Assembly (NCBI GenBank): GCA_951406725.2
Contig: OX597817.1
Location: 76,198,001 to 76,262,000, forward strand
Length of the DNA stretch: 64,000 bases
Reading direction: 5' to 3'
Source: Octopus vulgaris
Lineage: Eukaryota
Positions 1-9,192 of the stretch are shown here, piece after piece. Below the pieces are notes generated by a model. It was not told the origin of the DNA. It saw only the letters and a list, made by a program, of their open reading frames with translations, and did not search any database. Positions within the stretch are counted from its first letter, which is position 1, and every line of letters begins with the position of its first letter. The position numbers and the translations under genes were made by a program.

Positions 1-357
1 ATCTAACATTACACCAGTCTATTCAGGGAAAAATGGACACCAACTCAGAAATAGTCCAGCTCTCTATGCTCCATATTTCGCTGTCTGAAAGATCGGAGAA
101 AAAGAAAGCGCCCTAGTTAGTTCGCGCAATTAGTGAAAGCTTGATAAATGTTGACAAGTCATATTTCTTCATGAATGACTACCGTGGTTCAGAGATCTAA
201 TTCAGACTGCTTCAGTACCATCACATATAAAATGCAATTTAATCCGCAACTTTAATTCATTCAAACCATGAAAATACCAGCTTACTAATTTCTTATTTCT
301 TAACTGTTTTATTTATTTATTATTTTTTTGTTTGCATTTCAATATCTTCTTTCATTA

Positions 358-990
358 GGGCGGCGAGCTGGCAGTAACGTTAGCACTACGGGCGAAATGC
401 TTAGCTGTATTTCGTCTGCCGCTACGGTTTGAGTACAAATTCCGCTGAGGTCGACTTTGCCTTTCATCCTTTCGGGTCGATTACATAAGAATAAGTACCA
501 GTTACGCACTGGGGTCGATATAATCGACTTAATCCGTTTGTCTGTCCTTGTTTGTCCTCTCTGTGTGTAGCCCCTTGTGGGTAGTAAAGAAATAGGTATG
601 TCGTCTGCCGTTACATTCTGAGTTCAAATTCCGCTGAGGTCGACTTTGCCTTTCATCCTTTCTGGGTCGATAAATTAAGTACCAGTTACGCATTGGGGTC
701 GATGTAATCGACTTAATCTCTTTGTCTGTCCTTGTCTGTCCCCTCTATGTTTAGCCCCTTGTGGGCGATAAAAAAAGTAAGAATCGTTTCTGTGCCGGGA
801 AACATGCTTAACGTCATTTCTTCTGAATTTACATTTTGAGTTCAAATACCGTCGGCGCTGATTTTGTCTCTCATCCCTTTGGGGTGGGTGTGTCAATAAA
901 ATAAGTGCCACTTCAACAGTAAGGTCTAACTGATTGACTTATCTCTCCCTCAAAACTGCTAACCTTGTGCCAAAATTTGAAACCAATATT
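358..990 (+). mobile_element. Tandem copies of tRNA-derived SINE family A (GGCGGCGAGCTGGCAG... head)
   Basis: Head with B-box-like GAGTTCAAATTCC and core GTCGACTTTGCCTTTCATCCTTTCGGGGTCGAT...AAGTACCAG. The same sequence recurs many times in the window on both strands. Confidence 0.85.
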
Positions 991-1022
991 ATTTATCATT
1001 TTTCCCTAATATTTAAACATAT

Positions 1023-1060
1023 AGGCGCAGGAGTGGCTGTGTGGTAAGTAGCTTGCTAAC
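1023..1060 (+). mobile_element. 5' part (A box) of tRNA-derived SINE family B, interrupted by two insertions
   Basis: AGGCGCAGGAGTGGCTGTGTGGTAAGTAGCTTGCTAAC matches the start of uninterrupted copies at 9193 and 42373. The continuation resumes at ~5261. Confidence 0.92.
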
Positions 1061-3044
1061 TGCGCATGTGCGAGTCAGTGTTGTGTTTGCTACTGAAGCA
1101 GTGAAGATGTGCTTTTGAAGCCGTCTTGAATTGAAACTTTGGAAGCCCCATGTAAGGTGAGATTCTGTTTTCTGGGTCCAGTGGGAGTTTTTGTTGAGAA
1201 TTATTTTTTACATGCAGGAAGTCCTACTGGATTCAGAAATCTGATTCTGCCGACATGTGGCAGATATATTTTCTCGCTGAGAAAATTTTGGGGGGCGTAT
1301 CCGTCTCCGAATTGTGAAAATTGTATGGTGCTGTGAAGAACTACCAATTTTACACCAATTTTTGTGGAAGTTGTGCGATCCTGGTTCGATTTAGGCCGGG
1401 AGTACCAAATGGCCAAAAGGATTTTGCTGTGTTTTTGACTTTCTTTTTAACTTTATTTGACTTTCTTTTCAACTTTATTTGACTCTCTCCGTTTTTCATT
1501 GTGACATTCTTCGGATTTCCTTTTCTTCTCGTTTTTTAGTTTTATTCTAAATACATTTATTTAAAAAAAAAACAAAAAAAAAACATGGCAACAAAAGAAA
1601 CCACCGCTTTGGAATGGGAGGTCGTCCCACCAAAGCAGTGGATTGAAAGTCTTGAGAAGAGGACGGTGGTCCTACGAACCTATTCTAGGTCGCGTGGAGC
1701 CATTGCCCTCTTCGACAAGAATACTATAGAGAAAGAGTTGGGGGACTACCTGCCAACTATAAAATTTATTTCTCGGGGGAGCAAATTTGCAACGGTCTGG
1801 TTGCTGTTTGGTACCCCCGAGGAAGCTAGCAGATTTGCTAGCGAGCCACTGGAGGGAGAGGAAATTTTGTTCCTCCCCTCGTATTGTGGCAGAAAAGTGA
1901 AAAGAGCCTGGGTGTGTGGGCTGCCCCCGGGCACGGAGGCGGAATGGATCGAAAAGACCATCCGGCGAGGCCTGGGGGATAGCGGACCCAGACTGCTAAG
2001 TGTGAAGGTGGCTCCCGCGGTCGCCTGGCAGGGGTCGAGGGCAACCTTGACCCTGTGGACACCGGTAGCCGTGGGGCAAATGAAATTCCCGGACTTCCTG
2101 AGAATGGCTGGGCACAGGTACCCGGTGATACTCGAGGGTCGCCCCCCCAAGTGTCACCTGTGCCTGAAGCCCGGACATATCAGGAAGAATTGTCCCAGGG
2201 GCCGTAGTGGTGCCCCGGAGCAGAGAGGGGAAAAGGCGCCCGCCGCCCCCTCATTGGAGGGGGAGACGATGGAAGTCGTGGAGGAGGTTGCCTCCACGAA
2301 AAGAAAGAGAAAGGCGAGCAACAATGGTTGCCCGCCAAAGAACGCTCAGGGGGCGAAGGGGGATAGCAATCCCCCGTGTCTGGTGACGGAGTCCCCTGGG
2401 TCAGCAGTCTCCCCCAAAAGAAGGAGGAGAAAAAGGAGAGGTCGGACGACTGACGTTTCTGTGTCGCCGACGGAGCCGCGGGTGGGATGTGTGCCACCCG
2501 CGGACAAGGCTCCGCCAGTGGGAAGTGTGCCACCGACGGAGGAGTGTGAGGTCCCTCCCTGTGAAGAGGAGATGCTTCTCCTCCTTTACCACAAGGGAGA
2601 GAAGGTTGAAAGATTCTTGACTGGCTTGGGTGACCGAGAGCGTAAGGACACGGTCGGCTCAAGGAGTCCGTTATGGCCTCCGCAGGTAGCTGCGGAGAAA
2701 GTAACAGAAGATACTTTGTCAAGGGTCGCAGAGACCTTTGAAAAGAAAGACTTTACCTTTCTCTTTGCAGGCCCCGACTTGTCGTCGCAGAGTTGTCTGC
2801 AGGCGGCAAGACAATTTGCTTCGGGGACCTGACGAGAAGAATTATTGAACATTTTTATGCAATTTGAATCATTGTTTATTAAATGTATTTATTGAAACAT
2901 TGTTTTAGAGAAGCAAAAGTCGGCGGGCGCTTTCGACTTCTCCCATCACCATCTTCATCAACCACCACCATCATCCATTAATGTCCTTGTCCAGCCCGTA
3001 GCTACTACTCTGTGTACTGCCCTAGTGGCAAATTATTTAAAATA
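1061..3044 (+). mobile_element. ORF1-only non-autonomous Tx1/L1-like retroelement, copy 1
   Basis: Perfect 15-bp TSD AAGTAGCTTGCTAAC (1046-1060 and 3045-3059). Single gag-like ORF. Structured 3' end finishing AATA(AA). Homologous to the adjacent copy 2. Confidence 0.85.
1585..2832 (+). CDS. Tx1-type ORF1 / ZCCHC3-like nucleic-acid-binding protein (415 aa)
   Basis: Intact ORF with AAACATGG start. Zinc knuckle EGRPPKCHLCLKPGHIRKNCP (CX2CX4HX4C). RRM-like N-terminal half (VWLLF, AWVCGLPP). Basic NLS-like runs KRKRK and KRRRRKRR. Confidence 0.88.
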   Translation: MATKETTALEWEVVPPKQWIESLEKRTVVLRTYSRSRGAIALFDKNTIEKELGDYLPTIKFISRGSKFATVWLLFGTPEEASRFASEPLEGEEILFLPSYCGRKVKRAWVCGLPPGTEAEWIEKTIRRGLGDSGPRLLSVKVAPAVAWQGSRATLTLWTPVAVGQMKFPDFLRMAGHRYPVILEGRPPKCHLCLKPGHIRKNCPRGRSGAPEQRGEKAPAAPSLEGETMEVVEEVASTKRKRKASNNGCPPKNAQGAKGDSNPPCLVTESPGSAVSPKRRRRKRRGRTTDVSVSPTEPRVGCVPPADKAPPVGSVPPTEECEVPPCEEEMLLLLYHKGEKVERFLTGLGDRERKDTVGSRSPLWPPQVAAEKVTEDTLSRVAETFEKKDFTFLFAGPDLSSQSCLQAARQFASGT

Positions 3045-3046
3045 AA
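2901..3046 (+). other. Conserved structured 3' end of copy 1
   Basis: GAGAAG(2908-2913)/CTTCTC(2937-2942) stem. Loop GCGGGC is complementary to GCCCGT (2994-2999). Terminal TGCC-ctagt-GGCA hairpin, then AATAAA. Conserved in copy 2. Confidence 0.7.
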
Positions 3047-3762
3047 GTAGCTTGCTAACCACACATGCGCAGTTAGTCGGTTGCTTCCTGTTGAGCTAGA
3101 GTGGACGTGAGTAACAAGCTCCTTCCAACTAAAGAAAAAAGACCAAAAACGGAAAGTTGTCGAGGTAAGTGATTTTGTTTATTGTGAGTTGGGCATAATT
3201 TATTGCGTGCCAATTATTATTTCAGTAGGTTGTGTCCAACTCTGAGACAATTTCGCCTGCGCTAGGCGGCTGCCGTTTTTGTGTTCATTGAAAAAAAAAA
3301 AAAAAAGAAAAAACAGTGGAGGGGCGTATCCTCAGAATTCAATACAGTTACTGTTAAAATCACCGTTGGCGGTAGCCAGTGCTGTGTTTGGATTTGTTGA
3401 ATTTATTCCCTTGTCAGAGTACTTCGCAAGAAAAGTATAAAAATAAGCCACTATTGGATTACCTTTCGGACCTTTTTGTGGAGGTTGTGTTGCAGTTGCG
3501 GTGTTCCAGGTTCAACCCAGGCCGGGAGTACCGCAAGGCCAGAATATTTTTGCTGTGTTTTTTCTGTTTATTAACTTTCTTTTGAACTTCATTTACCCCC
3601 CCCCCCCTTTTGTTTTTTCTTTATTGCGACTTTCCGTTAATTTCTTCCCTTCTGTTGTGCTTTCTCCTTTTTGTTTTTTCAAAAATCTATCAAATTTATT
3701 TAGACTTTTGAACTTTTTTCTTCCTGCTTTTGAGTCTAATTTGAATATATTTTTTAAAAAAC

Positions 3763-4950
3763 ATGGCAATGAAAAATAACAAAGTTTTGGAGTGGGAAAT
3801 CATACCACCCAAAAAGTGGTTGAAGGACCGTGAAGATAGGACGGTGGTGTTGAGAACCTACTCCAAGGCACTTGACACCATCGCCCTATTCGAAAAGACG
3901 GCAAATAAGGAGGAGTTGGAGGAGTATTTGCCAACAATTAAATTCATTTCCAGGGGTGTCAAATATGGAACGGTGTGGTTGCTGTTTGACACCCCTGAAG
4001 AGGCTTGCAAATTTGCTAGCGAACCCTTGGAGGGTAAGGAAATCTTATTCCTGCCCACTTACAAAAAAAAGAAATTGATGAAAGCTTGGATCTGCGGACT
4101 GCCACCCGACATAGAACCCGAGTGGATAGAGGAGACTATCCGCCGGGGTCTGGGTGACAGCGAAACTAAGCTCCTCAATGTAAAAGTTCTTCCTGCGGCT
4201 GCTTGGGTTGGCTCGAAAGCAGTTTTGACCCTGTGGACCCAATCAGCCAATCTGGTTTTTCCAGATTTTTTGAAAATGGCCGGGTGCAGGTACCCGGTGA
4301 TGCTTGAGGGTCGCCCCCCTAAGTGTCATCGGTGCTTGGAGTCCGGCCACATAAAGAAGAATTGTCCTCGGGAACAAAATAGGATCCCGGAACAGTTAAG
4401 TAAAACCCCTCTAGAAGAGGGAACGATAACGGCCGAGAAAGCAGAGGACTCCTCAAGCAGAGGCCGAAAGAGGAAGGTGAGCAACAATGGGTGCTCACCA
4501 AAGGATAATAGGGATGAGGAGAGGAGGGCGAATCTTCCAGCCACGGAGGAGACGCACCCTCCCTCAGTTGAAAAGGGAAAAAAAAAGAAAAAGAGGAAGA
4601 AAAACGGGACGTTGCCGGCTGTCAGTGTGGCACCGGAATGTCGCGGAACTACGTCGGTTGGGGTTGTGCCACCGACAAGAGAAGGAATACCGTTGGCGGA
4701 AACTGTGCCGCCAACGAAAGAACTGAATGTATTGGTCCTCTTCTATAGAGGAGGAGAAATTGAAAAAGTGATGGAAGAGCACTACAAGGGAGCACCTTTA
4801 GCCTTCACACTAGGGCTAAAGGAGCTCAATGAAGACTATAACTTGGTCCCGGGCGACGCGAACTCGGAACTTGACTACGTTCTGAGGGAGGCGTGGTTGA
4901 TGGTGGAGGGCGCGGGCACAAGCTATTTCGAGGACGATATGTATTATTAG
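3763..4950 (+). CDS. Tx1-type ORF1 / ZCCHC3-like nucleic-acid-binding protein (395 aa)
   Basis: Intact ORF with knuckle EGRPPKCHRCLESGHIKKNCP. About two-thirds identical to copy 1 over the first ~160 aa by manual count. C-terminus divergent. Confidence 0.88.
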   Translation: MAMKNNKVLEWEIIPPKKWLKDREDRTVVLRTYSKALDTIALFEKTANKEELEEYLPTIKFISRGVKYGTVWLLFDTPEEACKFASEPLEGKEILFLPTYKKKKLMKAWICGLPPDIEPEWIEETIRRGLGDSETKLLNVKVLPAAAWVGSKAVLTLWTQSANLVFPDFLKMAGCRYPVMLEGRPPKCHRCLESGHIKKNCPREQNRIPEQLSKTPLEEGTITAEKAEDSSSRGRKRKVSNNGCSPKDNRDEERRANLPATEETHPPSVEKGKKKKKRKKNGTLPAVSVAPECRGTTSVGVVPPTREGIPLAETVPPTKELNVLVLFYRGGEIEKVMEEHYKGAPLAFTLGLKELNEDYNLVPGDANSELDYVLREAWLMVEGAGTSYFEDDMYY

Positions 4951-5077
4951 TAATGGACTTAAGTCCAAAAATTGAAAAATTGTAAGAGGATTAATACCTC
5001 GTTTTGTATTAATAATGGACTGCTAAGCCCAAAATTGGAAAAATTGTAAGAGGTTTAATACCTCGTTTTGTGTTAAT
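4951..5077 (+). repeat. ~62-bp imperfect tandem duplication in the 3'UTR of copy 2
   Basis: TAATGGACT...AATTGTAAGAGG(A/T)TTAATACCTCGTTTTGT(A/G)TTAA occurs twice. Confidence 0.85.
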
Positions 5078-5094
5078 CTTTTTAAGAAGAACAA

Positions 5095-5248
5095 TGTTTT
5101 AGAGAAGCAAAAGTCGGCGGGCGCTTTCTGTCTTCTCCCATCCTTAACATCTTTCTTTCATTATCATTCACCTCATTAATGTCCTCGTCCAGCCCGCAAA
5201 GCTAACTTAATCTGTGTACTGCCTTTATGGCAAATGTTTTGAAATAAA
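5095..5248 (+). other. Conserved structured 3' end of copy 2
   Basis: Same GAGAAG/CTTCTC stem, GCGGGC/GCCCGC pairing, TGCC-tttat-GGCA hairpin and AATAAA as in copy 1. Confidence 0.7.
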
Positions 5249-5260
5249 GTAGATTGCTAA

Positions 5261-5620
5261 CCAACTACATGGTTCCGGGTTCAGTCCCACTGCGTGACAT
5301 CTTGGGCAAGTGTCTTCTGCTATAGCCCCGGGCCGACCAGTGCCTTGTGAGTGGATATGGTAGACGGAAACTGAAAGAAGCCTGTCGTATATATGTATAT
5401 ATATATAAGTTTGTGTGTCTGTGTTTGTCCCCCTAGCATTGCTTGACAACCGATGCTGGTGTGTTTACGTTCCCGTCTCTTAGCGGTTCGGCAAAGAGGC
5501 CGATAGAATAAGTACTGGGCTTACAAAGAATAAGTCCCGGGGTCGATTTGCTCGACTAAAGGCGGTGCTCCAGCATGGCCGCAGTCAAATGACTGAAACG
5601 AGTAAAAGAGTAAAAGAGTA
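5261..5620 (+). mobile_element. 3' remainder of the interrupted SINE family B copy
   Basis: CCAACTACATGGTTCCGGGTTCAGTCCC (B box), internal TA/TG repeat, and tail GGTGCTCCAGCATGGCCGCAGTCAAATGACTGAAAC followed by (GAGTAAAA)n. Confidence 0.92.
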
Positions 5621-5658
5621 TATCCTTTAATTCTTTTCTTTTCTGCTTTTCATCTTTA

Positions 5659-6027
5659 TACAGGGTGAGACGGACGTTTCTGAAATGACTATTATTCAGC
5701 TCCAGTGGGAGGGACATATGTGCAACAGGTAGCATTCGGTCTGTGGTGCCTTAGCTTTTTTTTCTTTTCAGGTGAAACCATGGCGTTGTAGATGATAGAG
5801 CATCGCATGTTTGCCAATGACAGTTAAGTGAATAATAAACGAGTCTGTCACAGCAGTTCAGCGTGAGTTTCGGTGCCACTTCAACATTCACCGAAATCAG
5901 GTTGTTCCCACACGTAACACAATCTTACGTGAATTCACTTCGTACACGAGGTACGCTAATGAATAGGAGACCGGTGGGGGCGCCACGTACGGTCCGGAGC
6001 CGGAAAATGTGGAACACGTCAGACAAG
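5659..6027 (+). pseudogene. Tc1/mariner-superfamily transposon 5' fragment (degenerate HTH N-terminus)
   Basis: Starts TA|CAGGGTG. Broken translation ..ESVTAVQREFRCHFNIHRNQVVPTRNTILR..NSLRTRGTLMNRRPVGAPRTVR resembles DUF4817-type transposase N-termini. Confidence 0.7.
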
Positions 6028-6292
6028 TTTTCAGAAATGCATAAATGAAAACGGGCAGCAATTGATGGATGTTGATTTCCACACCTGATTTTGACAAATA
6101 CTCATTTAATACACAAATATTGATGTCAATAGAATTCGTTTGTAGCCAAAAGTAACGATTTTGTGAATTTAAAAAAAAACGTCCCTCCTCCTTGCCCCGC
6201 CTCTCTGTATTGTCTTCATCTTTCCCAGAAGATTAATCAATTTCCTATCTCCGCCCAGTCTAGCTTACTACCACAACTCATCACAAAACGTA

Positions 6293-6379
<87 letters not shown>

Positions 6380-7969
6380 CACGTTAACCCATTACACATT
6401 TACTCTTAGGAAGCTATATACAAAACTTCTGAGCCATACATAATCTGTTTTCTTCGTATTTACTGTAAAGAGTCTTAACATTGCCCGATGATCTTATCAT
6501 TCCGCTATATATATATCTGTGTGTGTATGTATATATGTGTGTGTATGTACGTATGTATGTATCTATGTATGTATGTGTGCGTGTGTGTGTATAGTTATAT
6601 GTGTAGAGATGGTGAGAAACGAGAAAAGTGAGATATAGTCAGCTAGATAGATACATGAATCGATAGATATGCCGTTCAAACTGAGTTAATCAAAGCGTGA
6701 TATTTAATAATTAAATCTGGAGGAGGGCTAAACGTTTCATCGTTTCTTTGATTTTATGTGTATATCATTTAAAACGTCGTGGGGAATGGATCCCAAATAT
6801 ACAAAAAAAAATTGTCACTAAGCATCCATATATTTCAGTAACTATTTACCTTATCAGCCGCTGTTAAAATAAAAACGATTATTTGCTCAGTATATAGCAG
6901 CTAGCAGAATCGTTTGCATAGTGGACGAAATGCTTTGACATTTTTCTTCTCGCGGTCGGTAAAATAAGCACCAGTTGAGCATTGGACTCAATATAATCGA
7001 TTATATCCCTCCTTCCAAATTCCAGGCTTTGTACCAAAATTTGAAACCAATATATATCAGTTGTACTACTATATTTCATGACAAAGAAATGAAGCTGTTA
7101 TTTTACTTTTAGAAAAGTAGTATGGGGAATATAAGTTATGATGCTTGAATTCATATTGTTTATATTAAATATTTCGACTTTAAAATACTAAAATTTCAGT
7201 CTATATCTGTCGGCCTCTATCTGTTATAGGATTTCTATCATCTGTTTAAATATCACACATTAGGCTGTGTGAACATCTAACCACTACTCTACATTGTTGT
7301 TGTCATTTGACCACTACTAACCACTACTCTAGTCGTTGTTGTCATTTGACCAAGAAGTTTAAACTATCCAATGGTTGTGTTGTGTTAAGCAAAAATGAGA
7401 AAGTTGATTTTTTGTATTAACTTTTCGAACCAAAATGCCAGTCAGACACATTAATAAGACGGAAACAAATGAATCACGATCGTTTTAAATATTCAAGAGA
7501 TCTGACCACATAGAATAATGTTTAGTTGTATCTTTCCGATAGGAAGGTACATGATAATTCGTATCATAGAATAGGACTATAAGACAAGCTTGCGTACAAT
7601 TCATACTCTATTTTTCTAAGGTTAAATAAGAAATGTATTATGGTTTCATATCTGAACACTTTGCGAAATGGTGTCAGACGCATCGGTATATGTTTATTTA
7701 ATCTTATGTATATTTAATCACTTTTGCTGAGAGCTTAATATTGCATGTAATATTAATAGGGAAAGAATGAATATAGGAGCGGATCTGTCTCTGGGAACGG
7801 AAAAAAATGTGTTTTTATCAGTGGAGCAAGTTTAAATGAAAAGCTACCAAATTAGTTTTTCAATCACGCCCTGCATCATATGTACAACACTGAAGTTCTT
7901 TCCTTCAGCTGTATACATTTTTTGCATCATTTCAAGAAATATATAATTGTTGGGAATAACTGTTTCATT

Positions 7970-8430
7970 CAAGATTGCTCTTTCCCTCCCTCTCCTACTC
8001 TTTACCTCCACTACTGCTCTTCACCTCCCTCTGCTACTCTTTACCTCTCTCCCATGCTCTTTACTACTTCCACATCTGCTCTTTCCCTTCCATTCCTACT
8101 CTTTACATTCCTCTCCTAATTTTTACTGTCCTCACTTGCTTTTTAACTCCGCCTTCTACTTTTTACTTACCTTTCCCTTCTTCATTTTATCTCCCTCATC
8201 TGTCCGTTACCTCTATCCTATTCTTTATTACCTTCCTCTCCTTCTCTTTACTGCATCCATCTCCTGTTTTTTACCTCCTTCTCTACTCTTTCCGTCCCTC
8301 ACTGTTCTTTTCCTCCCTCTTCTATTCTTTAAATTCCTCGCCTGATTCTGTTTTCTACTCCTTCTCTTTACATCTCTTTCTGCTCTTTACTACTCTCCTT
8401 TCATCGCCTCCCACTGCCAGTTTTCACCGT
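7970..8430. repeat. CT-rich low-complexity tract
   Basis: Pyrimidine-rich degenerate repeats. Overlapping ORFs are artefacts. Confidence 0.8.
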
Positions 8431-8779
8431 CCTTTAATAGTAGAATAAACCTAGAGATTAAGTATAAGATTTTTTATTAAGAATAAACACAAGCAGAGGA
8501 CGATATCTTGTATATCGCAAAATGTAGGTGCCCATTTCGAATTGTCTTTCCTGAGGAAATATAAGCAATTATTTGTGTTACCGACACATCTGTCTAGGCA
8601 GATAAACAATTACAAATTGTACAATTTAAACAGAATTGGTACAGATTTCGTTCCTCATACAATAATCGATATTCCGTTATTTCCACGAAGTATTATTCCA
8701 TGATAGATACATACATACTTAGATATTCGTACATGTACACACCAGTTTTCATGCTTGTATATATACATACATACGCACT

Positions 8780-8819
<40 letters not shown>

Positions 8820-8851
8820 TGTATATATATTTATGTATATGTATGTATATG

Positions 8852-8915
<64 letters not shown>

Positions 8916-9057
8916 ATATATATCGCTTAGGCATTGCAAGATTAATAACCTAGTGTACAGAATAATAAATATATACTTCAAAATAAAGGGTTAGTCGAGT
9001 ACAGAGCAGTAATAAGAAAATGAGACGACAAAGTAATACACGATTATCTTCTCATTC

Positions 9058-9141
9058 GAGGTTCTGATGAAGCTATAAGTTGTTACTAAAGTACTTAACT
9101 CTGAGTCCACTGCATCTTATAGCAGAAACAAATGTATGCTA
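9058..9141 (+). ncRNA. Degenerate type I hammerhead ribozyme motif in a short TA-flanked element (8923-9180)
   Basis: CTGATGA (9064-9070), helix II GCTATAAG/CTTATAGC, then GAAAC-AAAT-GTA. Helix I pairs poorly. Confidence 0.6.
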
Positions 9142-9192
9142 ATGAAGTTCATAAGATAATCGTTCATTTCTTTGTCATCTTATATATTATAA

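Larger units (their letters stand above)
3062..5246 (+). mobile_element. ORF1-only non-autonomous Tx1/L1-like retroelement, copy 2
   Basis: 17-bp TSD AAGTAG(C/A)TTGCTAACCA at 3045-3061 and 5247-5263 (1 mismatch). Same architecture as copy 1. Confidence 0.85.

Noticed and set aside
1-110. Minus-strand acceptor (TCTTTCAG at ~85) with a possible exon running off the window
   Set aside because: All frames stop within ~20 codons, so it cannot be supported without flanking sequence or transcripts.
1023-1060. Genuine tRNA genes at SINE heads
   Set aside because: A/B boxes are present, but there is no complete cloverleaf and the heads continue into SINE bodies.
2902-2920. GTTTTAGAG at the start of the conserved 3' block resembles a Cas9 CRISPR repeat/sgRNA scaffold
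   Set aside because: Only 9 nt, with no array, spacers or cas genes. Context is a eukaryotic retroelement 3'UTR.
1056-3076. 15-bp inverted repeat read as TIRs of a DNA transposon
   Set aside because: The right arm lies beyond the TSD and belongs to the start of copy 2. No transposase is encoded, and direct TSDs plus 3' structure fit retrotransposition.
1585-4950. Ordinary tandem host gene duplication or LTR gag genes
   Set aside because: Each unit is bounded by SINE-derived TSDs inside a split SINE. There is no LTR, PBS or pol, and the flanks are not co-duplicated.
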